From a virus: 64,000 nucleotides of DNA. The notes below the pieces were generated by a model. The model was given only the letters and a program-made list of their open reading frames with translations, searched no databases and was not told the DNA's origin. Below, piece after piece: positions 41,122-49,763 of the stretch. Positions within the stretch are counted from its first letter, which is position 1, and the number at the start of each line of letters is the position of its first letter. Location: the IMG/VR virus record IMGVR_UViG_3300025120_000019. One strand, 5' to 3'. The position numbers were made by a program, and so were the translations under genes.

Positions 41122-42714
41122 TTATCGGGGTACAACATAAGTTTTGCCATTTATGTTTTTTATTCTTTCATTTGAAAAAATTGTTCCTGTAAATGCTCTA
41201 ATTACATCATTTGGTATTACATCACCTAACGCACCATTTGAAACAGATCTTACCTCATCTATAAGTTTTGCTGGTGTATTATTTAAAACAAAATTTCCGG
41301 TATTATCTACTGTTAATACTTTTTCAAATTCTTTAGCGGCAAAATCTGATTTTGCGGCTAAATTTCCAAATGTTGAATTACCAGTTTTTTCAAATATTTT
41401 TTGATCCATTGCTCTTGATGATGTTGCTAAAGCACTAAAACCACTTGCTGGATTGTTTACAAAACTTATTGTTCCTGCAATAGCGGCCGCTGTGTTAGGA
41501 TTTATACTAGGTAACCCTGCTTTATCTAATAGCTTTGCACCTACGCCTGCTATACTAGCATCTACTACTGTTTTTAATACAGGATCTAATCCTTTATATG
41601 CTGTTGATATTGTGTTTCCTAGACCTTTTACAGCAGATGAAAAATCTTGCACAATAGGAGCCATACCTGGTATTTCACTAATGACATTTCCTAATCCGGT
41701 GAACAAAGTACCTGCTACATCAGTAAGAGCACCAGCAACTTCACCAACTGCATTTCCTATAGCACCAGATACACTTCCAATAACATTTCCTAGTGTACTA
41801 GTCAAAGCAGTAGAACTTAATAAATTAGACATAACTCCGCCTAATAATCCAGACAAACTTTGTATAGTACCCCCTAAGATCGAACTTAAACTTCCTGGTA
41901 ATGATTGTAAAAATGTATCAGGAGTAAGATTTATTATATTACCTAATATATCTTGTATTGCTGTGCTAAGTCCGCCATTTGCATCACCTATAATATATCC
42001 TTGTTTAGTAGTTGTTCCTGTTGCTGGGCCTGCCTTTGTAATTGTATCTTTATCTAAATTATTTTTTTCTTTATCATCTACAGTGTTAGGTTGTGCAACA
42101 AGGTTTGCTGTGAATCTTTCTTCAGCATAAGGATCTAAAGATATATCATTTGTAGCATTTGGAATCTGGTCTCCGTCTGCTCCTCTTAATATATCTGTCT
42201 GTGTGTTCAAAATTGGAGGAGTGCGTACTATATTATTCAAAGGTTTTATTTCATCTAAGCCTTCTAAAGCTTCTGTTTGAAATGTTCCAGGTAATTGATC
42301 GTTTTGTGCATCTCTAATTGCATCGTCTTTATATCTAATCATTTTTGCCAATGGATAATCTACCCAAGTCTTTGGATCATCTGCAAACTGTTGTAATAAA
42401 ACAATATAAATCCTGCCTCCAGCTGAATTAATGCGTACAACAACTGCATCATTTTCTGGTCTACCTTCAGGATTATCAAAAGGCTTTTTTTTGCTTCTTA
42501 CGAATTCTTTAGCTTGCTGTCTTGTTAAGAATGTCCATATTCCGTTTGCTTTTATTTTATCATCAGGATGTACAAAAGGATATGATGCCCTTTTTGTTTT
42601 TGTAGAAATAGATTCGTCACCAGAAAGATATTGTTCAGCATCTCTTGGATTAAATTTATTAGCACTATTTTTTGTGCCTACTGCTCCGCCACTTATTGGC
42701 CATGTATCTGCCAT
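41122..42714 (-). CDS. Hypothetical virion protein with a long Gly/Ala-rich amphipathic region
   Basis: 530-aa ORF between the gp5-like and gp25-like genes, GGAGG SD. Confidence 0.7.
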   Translation of the reverse strand: MADTWPISGGAVGTKNSANKFNPRDAEQYLSGDESISTKTKRASYPFVHPDDKIKANGIWTFLTRQQAKEFVRSKKKPFDNPEGRPENDAVVVRINSAGGRIYIVLLQQFADDPKTWVDYPLAKMIRYKDDAIRDAQNDQLPGTFQTEALEGLDEIKPLNNIVRTPPILNTQTDILRGADGDQIPNATNDISLDPYAEERFTANLVAQPNTVDDKEKNNLDKDTITKAGPATGTTTKQGYIIGDANGGLSTAIQDILGNIINLTPDTFLQSLPGSLSSILGGTIQSLSGLLGGVMSNLLSSTALTSTLGNVIGSVSGAIGNAVGEVAGALTDVAGTLFTGLGNVISEIPGMAPIVQDFSSAVKGLGNTISTAYKGLDPVLKTVVDASIAGVGAKLLDKAGLPSINPNTAAAIAGTISFVNNPASGFSALATSSRAMDQKIFEKTGNSTFGNLAAKSDFAAKEFEKVLTVDNTGNFVLNNTPAKLIDEVRSVSNGALGDVIPNDVIRAFTGTIFSNERIKNINGKTYVVPR

Positions 42715-42723
42715 TTTGCCCTC

Positions 42724-44340
42724 CTATTCTTCTACTTTTTCTGCTTCTGTTTTATCAACTGAAACTTCTGTAGGGTTCCAACTTTCGTGTCCTGTCCAAG
42801 GCTCATGTTCTGGTATCCTTTTTGGTACTGCTGAGGGTTTGGCCTTTTCTGCTTCTAATGCTTCAACAGCTTCGTCAGCTTCTTTAGCCGGATTACTTCC
42901 TGAATTCATATGTATTTGGTCTGCTGTTTCTTGATGTGTTTTACTTTTTAAATTTATTGTTTCAGCGGCTTGTAATTTAACGTCTGTTTTGGCATTGAAG
43001 TTTTGAGCACCTTCAGTTGTAACTTTTAAGTCTTGTCCAACTTTTACATCATATAATCCTGCAGATTCTACTTTTAAATCTTTACCTACTTTATAATCTT
43101 GAGATCCAACTGTTTGTACAGCTAGATCTTCACCAACATTTATATGCATTTTAGTTTCTGTAGTAATTTTTCCATCTATGCCAACTTTTACTTCCCAGTT
43201 CTCTGCAGATGACATAAAAGTGCTTTCGTTTGAGGTTATGTTAACATTACGTGAAGCGTGAATATTTACGTCTCTTTCAGCTTTAAAATTTAAATCGGCA
43301 TCACTGTGAAAACTAATGCTATCTTCTGCATATACATCTAATTTTCCATTGCTGGTCATTTCTATCCAACAAGTGCCTTTGCTATTATTGATGTAAATTA
43401 AGTCTTCGCTAGTATGCATTAATATTTGAGCACCTGTCCTAGTCCTTAATCTAATTAATTCATTATGAGGAATAGTTACATCGCCTCCGCTTTCGCTTGC
43501 TTCTTTGTTTACATACTCAAATCCTATTTCACTAGCGTTTCCTTTTCTAATACGCTTATCATCACCGTCATCAATTACTATGCTACTACTTCCAAGCCTA
43601 CTAACTGGAATATTTGCTTTTGATTCTTTTAAGCCTACTGGTGCTGTTGGTTTTCCGCCTCTTTTGTCTAAAGGCCCTGGACTACTGAAGCCAACTACTG
43701 CACTAGGTGTTTCTCGTTGAGCACTAGAAGTTGTTATTCCTCTAATTTCATCTTCAACTAATCCTTGTTCAATTAACGTATCTACGAATTCAGTGTTAAT
43801 AGGTTTTTTATATTTTATTACGTTGTTTGTTTGTGGTTTAGTTATTGCTTTGTTATACTCTCCGGCAGGTAATTTTTTTCCTTTAAGATTTGTTGGAATA
43901 TCACCGCTTAGTTGTTCTGTAGCAGGTTGTCCTCCGGGTAACATAAAAGTCATTCCCTTTTCTGGAATACAAGCAAACCAATAGCCAAAATCTCTACTGC
44001 CTTCAACAAATGTTACTAAAACTAAACTGCCTGGATCTGGCGGTATTGCCCAAAACCCATAACTTTTTTGTGTACTTGCATAATCGTCATTTTTTCTAGG
44101 TCCGTTTTGACTATTTGTTACTCCATAAAAAGGACTTGCATAATAAACTTCAACTGTTTGCCCAACTGTTTCACCAATATTTCCAGCTTCTGCTGTTTTT
44201 AATAATTCAACACGTAGCCCACCCAGATATAAACTATCTAAATGTTCTATTACCCTTGCAATATAAGGACCAGGATTACCGGTCTTTTGTCCAGTATCTG
44301 CGCCTCTAGTAACTTCATTTTTATTTGGAATATTACTCAT
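42724..44340 (-). CDS. Baseplate hub/central spike, gp5/VgrG-like (no lysozyme domain seen)
   Basis: OB-fold GPYIARV..HLD....LRVEL, YGFWAIPPDPGSLVLVTF; beta-helix repeats; PEHEPWTGHE. Confidence 0.8.
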   Translation of the reverse strand: MSNIPNKNEVTRGADTGQKTGNPGPYIARVIEHLDSLYLGGLRVELLKTAEAGNIGETVGQTVEVYYASPFYGVTNSQNGPRKNDDYASTQKSYGFWAIPPDPGSLVLVTFVEGSRDFGYWFACIPEKGMTFMLPGGQPATEQLSGDIPTNLKGKKLPAGEYNKAITKPQTNNVIKYKKPINTEFVDTLIEQGLVEDEIRGITTSSAQRETPSAVVGFSSPGPLDKRGGKPTAPVGLKESKANIPVSRLGSSSIVIDDGDDKRIRKGNASEIGFEYVNKEASESGGDVTIPHNELIRLRTRTGAQILMHTSEDLIYINNSKGTCWIEMTSNGKLDVYAEDSISFHSDADLNFKAERDVNIHASRNVNITSNESTFMSSAENWEVKVGIDGKITTETKMHINVGEDLAVQTVGSQDYKVGKDLKVESAGLYDVKVGQDLKVTTEGAQNFNAKTDVKLQAAETINLKSKTHQETADQIHMNSGSNPAKEADEAVEALEAEKAKPSAVPKRIPEHEPWTGHESWNPTEVSVDKTEAEKVEE

Positions 44341-44345
44341 TTATT

Positions 44346-46667
44346 TTATCCATACGGTGTATAACTTTGTTGAGATGTGCCTGCATCTTTCATTTTTACT
44401 GTTTTATCATTTGTACCAGTTTGTTTTACATCTTCTGGCTGGTTTGGTCTTCTTAATAATTTTAATCTTTGCGTAAACTGCCCTTTATTAAAACCATTAG
44501 ACAATGTTGTTACCCTATACAACCCACTAAAACTATCAACTGGAATAGTATCTTCTGGAAATATTACACTACCATCATCTCTATAATCAATAGGAGTTCT
44601 AAAATTAACAATTACATCAACTTCTCCACGCTGATATTCCATACTACCATTTGTTGTTGTATTTTCGTCTTGTTTTCCTGCTGTAAAATTTCCCATTCCG
44701 CTGTCAAAGATGTAATAAGGATCGCCAAGTATTTCAAGATCTAATTGAACTAAATCAACAAAACTATTAATAATGTTATCATTAAACATTTTAGCAATAC
44801 GTACTTTACTATCGTCTATCCCGGCGCCGCCACTGCCTTGTAAGCTAGAATTAGATACTGATATTTGTTGTGCAAACCCAGTTCCACTTAATCCGTTAAC
44901 TGTTTGGTTGATTATGCTTGCATCTTTGTCACCTTGTACAATATTCTGCTGTAATCCTCCGCCTTTGCGTTGTAAATTGTTTTGTCCAGCATCAGACATA
45001 ATACCTTTAAAAAAAGCGGCATTAATATTAATATCAAAGTTAATAATATCGTTATTTGCGCCTGTATATATGTAATTGTATTCTCTTTTAGCATTAGCCC
45101 TTAATTGTTCATAACTTAGTCCTGGATCTGCTGGTTTTTGTAAAGCACTAGAGTGTACTTTATATGGAACTACTCGATATACATATGTTTTTGCTAGTGT
45201 TCCGTCTTGTTGTTCGCGAGATACTCCGTCTTTTATAAAAGTTTGGGCATCTATTTTAAACCATTCTACCATTCCATCGGCATCAGCTGGTCTAGTTTTT
45301 AATTCTTTTGCCCAATCAGAAGTAACAACAACTTCCTCTATCATTTGTGTAACTTTTGTATCAGTATTAAATGTAAAACTCCTTTGTACAGGGTCTATTA
45401 CATTTTTTCCTCGTGTATAAACTTTGTTATTTTTATCGTATTGTTGTCCACTTTTGCCCATTGGTATTTTTCCTGGATCAGAATAGCTGTTTGCTATAGT
45501 TCCACTACCTATTGCATTAACGCTACCTGCACTTTGAGCTATTTGTGTCAGTCCTTCACTAATACTACTTTTGTTAAAAACTAATCCAGTTACACTACTT
45601 AAAAAAGCATCAAAGTCTTGTGGTGCTTGGGCACCTAAGAACCCTGTAATACTTTGGAATACACCGTTTATGTCTCCCGATCTAAAAGCACCAAGAACTC
45701 CTGTCAGAGCACCAAAGTTTGCTCCTCCAAATGCTCCGCCTATTGCTCCTGCAAGTGCATTCTGTCCTATATTTTTATTTCCGCCTATTGCACCTCCAAT
45801 AATTCCGCCAACTACACCTTTAGCAATATTACCAAATAACCTATTTCCTGATTTTTGCGGAGCCACTGTTGCTCCTTGATCAATTGAATTATTTTTTGCA
45901 ATACTACTTGCACTAGTAGCTATATCATTAGGAAAAGTTATAACAAGTTCGTCTGAAACTGGAAAATTACCTTCTGCTCTAAGCTCTTCGTATCTACCAT
46001 TCATTATTGTTGTTAAACTTTCGGGGCCTGTCTGCAAAATTTCTACCACATTTTTACCAGTAACAGTTATATCAGAATAAGTTCTATCAATTTGATCAAC
46101 TAGTGCTTGTTCATTCCACGGAATAGCTGTTATATCGTATCTTGTTCCACCACCACTTACATTAAACTCTGCATTTGTAAGTTTCATGGGAATTTTTCTT
46201 TGTAAATTTAATGTTTTTCCATCTTTATCAACCGTAACAGGCTTTCCATCATCGTCAAAACCAACAAATTCAATTGTAAGTAAAAAAGGTGCTTGTAAAT
46301 AATTTGTGTAACCAGCTTGTAATGACGCTATTTGCAATGTTTGCAAAAATAATCCCATACTATATGGTTCTATAACTTGGAATGAAATATTTGTTGCATT
46401 TGTTAATCTAGTCCTAGTATTAGGAACTACTAATGCTTGTATTTCTACATCCTCGATAAAATATTCTAGTTTGCCACCTATTTGTTCTTCAAAGATAGTA
46501 GAAACCGACGCTTCGCTTTTTCCACCACTTCTAAAAATTTCTAATTGTGGTTTGTCTCCAACATAGGTTTCATCAGGAAAGTTTACTTCATCTTTTGTTA
46601 GTACAGCAAATGTAAAGATATAATTATAGCTTGAATAAACGTGTAAAGGATTAATTTCAACTGCCAT
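44346..46667 (-). CDS. Baseplate hub protein, gp27-like
   Basis: NPLH.YSSYNY.FT, LEILGDPYY, FSGLYRVTTLSNGFNKGQFTQRLKLLR hub-type C-terminus. Confidence 0.7.
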   Translation of the reverse strand: MAVEINPLHVYSSYNYIFTFAVLTKDEVNFPDETYVGDKPQLEIFRSGGKSEASVSTIFEEQIGGKLEYFIEDVEIQALVVPNTRTRLTNATNISFQVIEPYSMGLFLQTLQIASLQAGYTNYLQAPFLLTIEFVGFDDDGKPVTVDKDGKTLNLQRKIPMKLTNAEFNVSGGGTRYDITAIPWNEQALVDQIDRTYSDITVTGKNVVEILQTGPESLTTIMNGRYEELRAEGNFPVSDELVITFPNDIATSASSIAKNNSIDQGATVAPQKSGNRLFGNIAKGVVGGIIGGAIGGNKNIGQNALAGAIGGAFGGANFGALTGVLGAFRSGDINGVFQSITGFLGAQAPQDFDAFLSSVTGLVFNKSSISEGLTQIAQSAGSVNAIGSGTIANSYSDPGKIPMGKSGQQYDKNNKVYTRGKNVIDPVQRSFTFNTDTKVTQMIEEVVVTSDWAKELKTRPADADGMVEWFKIDAQTFIKDGVSREQQDGTLAKTYVYRVVPYKVHSSALQKPADPGLSYEQLRANAKREYNYIYTGANNDIINFDININAAFFKGIMSDAGQNNLQRKGGGLQQNIVQGDKDASIINQTVNGLSGTGFAQQISVSNSSLQGSGGAGIDDSKVRIAKMFNDNIINSFVDLVQLDLEILGDPYYIFDSGMGNFTAGKQDENTTTNGSMEYQRGEVDVIVNFRTPIDYRDDGSVIFPEDTIPVDSFSGLYRVTTLSNGFNKGQFTQRLKLLRRPNQPEDVKQTGTNDKTVKMKDAGTSQQSYTPYG

Positions 46668-46973
46668 TTAAAGTCCTAGTTCACTCTTTATATTGCTTTG
46701 CTTTGGTAAAAATATTTTTATACCCGCTTCCATATCAAAAACAGGATCTTTTACGATATCCATATTTCTTTGAGCAAACACCCACCATAAGCTTGCAGTT
46801 CCGTACAAATCAAATGCTAATAAATCAGGTCTATGATTATATTGCGGTTCTATTGTGTATAAAACATCATCATCTTCTGCTGGAATAGGTCTTATTTTTA
46901 AAACTCCTAATTCTCCTGAAGCTTCTACTGTTGTATTGTTCCAAGGACTTGTTTTTGAATAACTAACAGCCAT
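46668..46973 (-). CDS. Baseplate wedge subunit, gp53/LysM-like
   Basis: YTIEPQYNHRPDLLAFDLYG..SLWWVFAQRN...DP. Confidence 0.85.
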   Translation of the reverse strand: MAVSYSKTSPWNNTTVEASGELGVLKIRPIPAEDDDVLYTIEPQYNHRPDLLAFDLYGTASLWWVFAQRNMDIVKDPVFDMEAGIKIFLPKQSNIKSELGL

Positions 46974-47788
46974 TATAGGTATCCCTCTGAAGTAATATCA
47001 CCGTTTACAAATTTATCTAAACTAAACGCAGACGCTTTTACTCTGCTGTAAGTTGGAGTACAGGTTACACTAAGCATTGACGTTGTAGGTACCCATGTAT
47101 ATTGTTCAACTATTTGATTAGATTGTCCAACATTTATAGGAACTCTAATATAATCTACTCCATTTTCTAAACTATAATTAAAATTAGTAATTACTACAGG
47201 CACATTATTAAGAACATACGAACCGTACCCATTTAATTTTACTACTGGAGGTGGTGCTCCTTTATTACTAGTATCCCCAAATGCCATTTTTGTTACACTT
47301 TTAAAGAAATGTATTGCGGCAACCCAATATTTTCCATCTTCTATAGTTTGAACTGGAAACTCTCCTGCAATAGTAATAGGTTCAATACTGCTATTTTCAT
47401 ATGTAGGAAAGGGATAATTACTATGTGTAGGATGTAAACTACCGTAATTTGCAGTATGGGAAAAAGTAATATTAGGCACTAAAGGAAAAACTACCGAATT
47501 TCCAGTCACAGCTAAAGGTTCTAACAATGGACTTGTTCTAAAGGTTCCAAGATCTGGTACAGAGATACGAACTCTCCAGTCTTCTCCTTGTTGTGCATTA
47601 CTAGGATTGAAAGTTGCGGTGGCATAATTGGCAGAAGCAGGCTCAGCACCAGGAGAAATATTTTTACTTCTTAATGCACTCATGAAAAAATTTACATTGG
47701 TTAAAAAATCTGATATACTTTGTTTTTTTGTAACATTGTTTTCACTTCCAATGTTATTATCTATACCTGTGATTGGATCAATTGACAT
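46973..47788 (-). CDS. Baseplate/tail-tube initiator, gp48/gp54-like
   Basis: FPLVPNIT.SHTANY, ITIAGEF, GAPPPVVKLNGYG..VLNNVPVVITNF. Confidence 0.7.
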   Translation of the reverse strand: MSIDPITGIDNNIGSENNVTKKQSISDFLTNVNFFMSALRSKNISPGAEPASANYATATFNPSNAQQGEDWRVRISVPDLGTFRTSPLLEPLAVTGNSVVFPLVPNITFSHTANYGSLHPTHSNYPFPTYENSSIEPITIAGEFPVQTIEDGKYWVAAIHFFKSVTKMAFGDTSNKGAPPPVVKLNGYGSYVLNNVPVVITNFNYSLENGVDYIRVPINVGQSNQIVEQYTWVPTTSMLSVTCTPTYSRVKASAFSLDKFVNGDITSEGYL

Positions 47789-47806
47789 AATGGCGCTCCT
47801 ATACTG

Positions 47807-47812
47807 TATTTA
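47807..47812 (-). promoter_or_regulatory. Late promoter box for the baseplate operon
   Basis: CTAAATAC on the minus strand, then AGGAG SD and ATG 47788. Confidence 0.6.
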
Positions 47813-47813
47813 G

Positions 47814-47842
47814 TTGACAAAAATATGTACGTAGTTTATAAT
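47814..47842 (+). promoter_or_regulatory. Perfect sigma70 promoter of the late sigma factor gene
   Basis: TTGACA (47814-19), 17 bp, TATAAT (47837-42). Confidence 0.85.
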
Positions 47843-47865
47843 AGAATATATAATAAGGAAAAAAT

Positions 47866-48693
47866 ATGGCAAAAAGAGTAAATTACCTAAATAATAAAGA
47901 TATGCTAAAACAAATACATAAAAGCAAGAGTACATTCTGTAGTTATGTTGACCCAGCATATGAACAATTTGATATAATACTTCCGGCTATTGAAAAAGTT
48001 AATATTAGAACAGTAGCAGAAGCAAAACGTAATCGTGCAAAGAAAATGACTACAACAGCATATGATGCGGCAAAAGCATTGAATAAAAAAGTTAAAATTA
48101 CAGAATTTGAAGTAGATTATAGATCCATTCCAAAAACTGAGTTAGTATTTCGTATAATGACATTTGATCATATTCCAGATGAGCCCGGACGTAAGAAAAC
48201 TCCTAAAACAGTAGCTGATACAAAAACAAAACTTAATTTTCCTCCATTTCAACACTATATGTTTGATGAAGATGACAATTTAGTATGTATAGGAAAGAGT
48301 CATTGGGAAGGTGGTATGGAAAACGGATGTTTTTCTAAAGCTCACGGAACAGCAACAAACGAATTAGCAAGAATGTGGATGAAGTTAGTTGATAGATATG
48401 CAACCAGAGGAAATGTTAGAGGTTATACCTATAATGACGAAATGAAAGGGCAAGCAATATTACAATTATCACAAATAGGACTACAGTTTGATGAATCCAA
48501 GTCTAATAACCCGTTTGCATACTACACTGCGGCTGTAACTAATTCATTTGTTAGAGTTATTAACTTAGAAAAACGTAATCAAAACATTAGAGATGATATT
48601 TTAGAGATGAACGAGCTAAAACCAAGTCATACAAGACAACACGCAGGAGAATGGGAAGCCGCATTGCGGAGAGAAGCAGAGATTAAAAAATAA
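47866..48693 (+). CDS. Late-transcription sigma factor, T4 gp55-like
   Basis: NYLNNKDML; NVRGYTYNDEMKGQA...FDESKSNNPFAYYT...NSFVRVINLEK; sits upstream of gp47/gp46 as in T4. Confidence 0.88.
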   Translation: MAKRVNYLNNKDMLKQIHKSKSTFCSYVDPAYEQFDIILPAIEKVNIRTVAEAKRNRAKKMTTTAYDAAKALNKKVKITEFEVDYRSIPKTELVFRIMTFDHIPDEPGRKKTPKTVADTKTKLNFPPFQHYMFDEDDNLVCIGKSHWEGGMENGCFSKAHGTATNELARMWMKLVDRYATRGNVRGYTYNDEMKGQAILQLSQIGLQFDESKSNNPFAYYTAAVTNSFVRVINLEKRNQNIRDDILEMNELKPSHTRQHAGEWEAALRREAEIKK

Positions 48694-48698
48694 TAAGG

Positions 48699-48727
48699 TT
48701 GCTCTTTTATCTATTTTAGTTTATACT
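48699..48727 (+). promoter_or_regulatory. Sigma70-type promoter for gp47/gp46
   Basis: TTGCTC, 17 bp, TATACT. Confidence 0.6.
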
Positions 48728-48749
48728 ATACTCAAAGCGGAGTCTTCTA

Positions 48750-49763
48750 TTGTTTAAAAAATCAGCAGTTTTTACAGACCTACATTTAGGTATGAAAGGT
48801 AATTCTCGTGTCCATAATCAGGATTGCGAAGATTATATTAATTGGTATATTGACACAGCCAAAGCAAATAATTGCGAAACTGGTATATTTTGTGGAGATT
48901 GGCATCATAACCGTAATAGTTTAAATTTAACTACTATGGATCATACAATTCGATGCTTAGAAAAGCTAGGTCAATCGTTTGAAAACTTCTATATGTTTGC
49001 CGGTAATCACGATTTGTACTATAAAGACAAACGTGATGTAAAGTCTACAGAGTTTGCTAGACATATACCCGGTATTACTGTTATAGAAGATATATTGGTT
49101 AAAGAGGATGTAGCGTTAGTTCCTTGGTTAGTAGGTGACGAATGGCACCGTATAGAGAAGCTACAATCTAAGTATTTGTTTGGTCATTTTGAACTTCCTA
49201 GTTTTTATATGAACGCTATGGTACAGATGCCAGACCACGGTGAACTAAAAGCTGAACATTTTAAAAATCAAGAGTATGTGTTTAGTGGACATTTCCATAA
49301 AAGACAAAAGCAAGGAAAAATACACTACATTGGTAATGCATTTCCACACAATTATGCTGATGCATGGGACGATGCACGTGGAATGATGATACTTGATAGA
49401 GAAAATAACAAAGAACCAGAGTATATTGACTGGATAGACTGTCCTAAATATAGAACAGTAAAGCTATCTCAACTAATTGATGAGAAAGACACGTTAATCA
49501 AACCAAATATGTATCTAAGGGTAACACTAGATTTGCCTATAAGTTATGAAGAAGCAAGTTATGTAAAAGAAACCTTTATAGATCAATACGAATGTAGAGA
49601 AATTACGCTAATACCGCAAAAACACCTAGAAGAGATTAATACTGAACTGGATATTGAGCAATTTGAAAGTGTTGATCAAATAGTAAGCAACGAAATACAA
49701 GCAATCGACAGCGAACAGTTTAATAAGAAACTGCTATTAGACATTTATAACGAGTTAGCATGA
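48750..49763 (+). CDS. Recombination endonuclease subunit, gp47 (Mre11/SbcD-like)
   Basis: DLHLG, GDWHH, GNHD, GHFE and SGHFH metallophosphoesterase motifs. Confidence 0.92.
   Translation: MFKKSAVFTDLHLGMKGNSRVHNQDCEDYINWYIDTAKANNCETGIFCGDWHHNRNSLNLTTMDHTIRCLEKLGQSFENFYMFAGNHDLYYKDKRDVKSTEFARHIPGITVIEDILVKEDVALVPWLVGDEWHRIEKLQSKYLFGHFELPSFYMNAMVQMPDHGELKAEHFKNQEYVFSGHFHKRQKQGKIHYIGNAFPHNYADAWDDARGMMILDRENNKEPEYIDWIDCPKYRTVKLSQLIDEKDTLIKPNMYLRVTLDLPISYEEASYVKETFIDQYECREITLIPQKHLEEINTELDIEQFESVDQIVSNEIQAIDSEQFNKKLLLDIYNELA

Noticed and set aside
15530-47813. Many 60-225-aa plus-strand ORFs inside the tail module (e.g. 19025..19600, 41453..42130, 42431..42934)
   Set aside because: All lie fully antisense to well-supported structural genes, mostly with TTG/GTG starts and no motifs.
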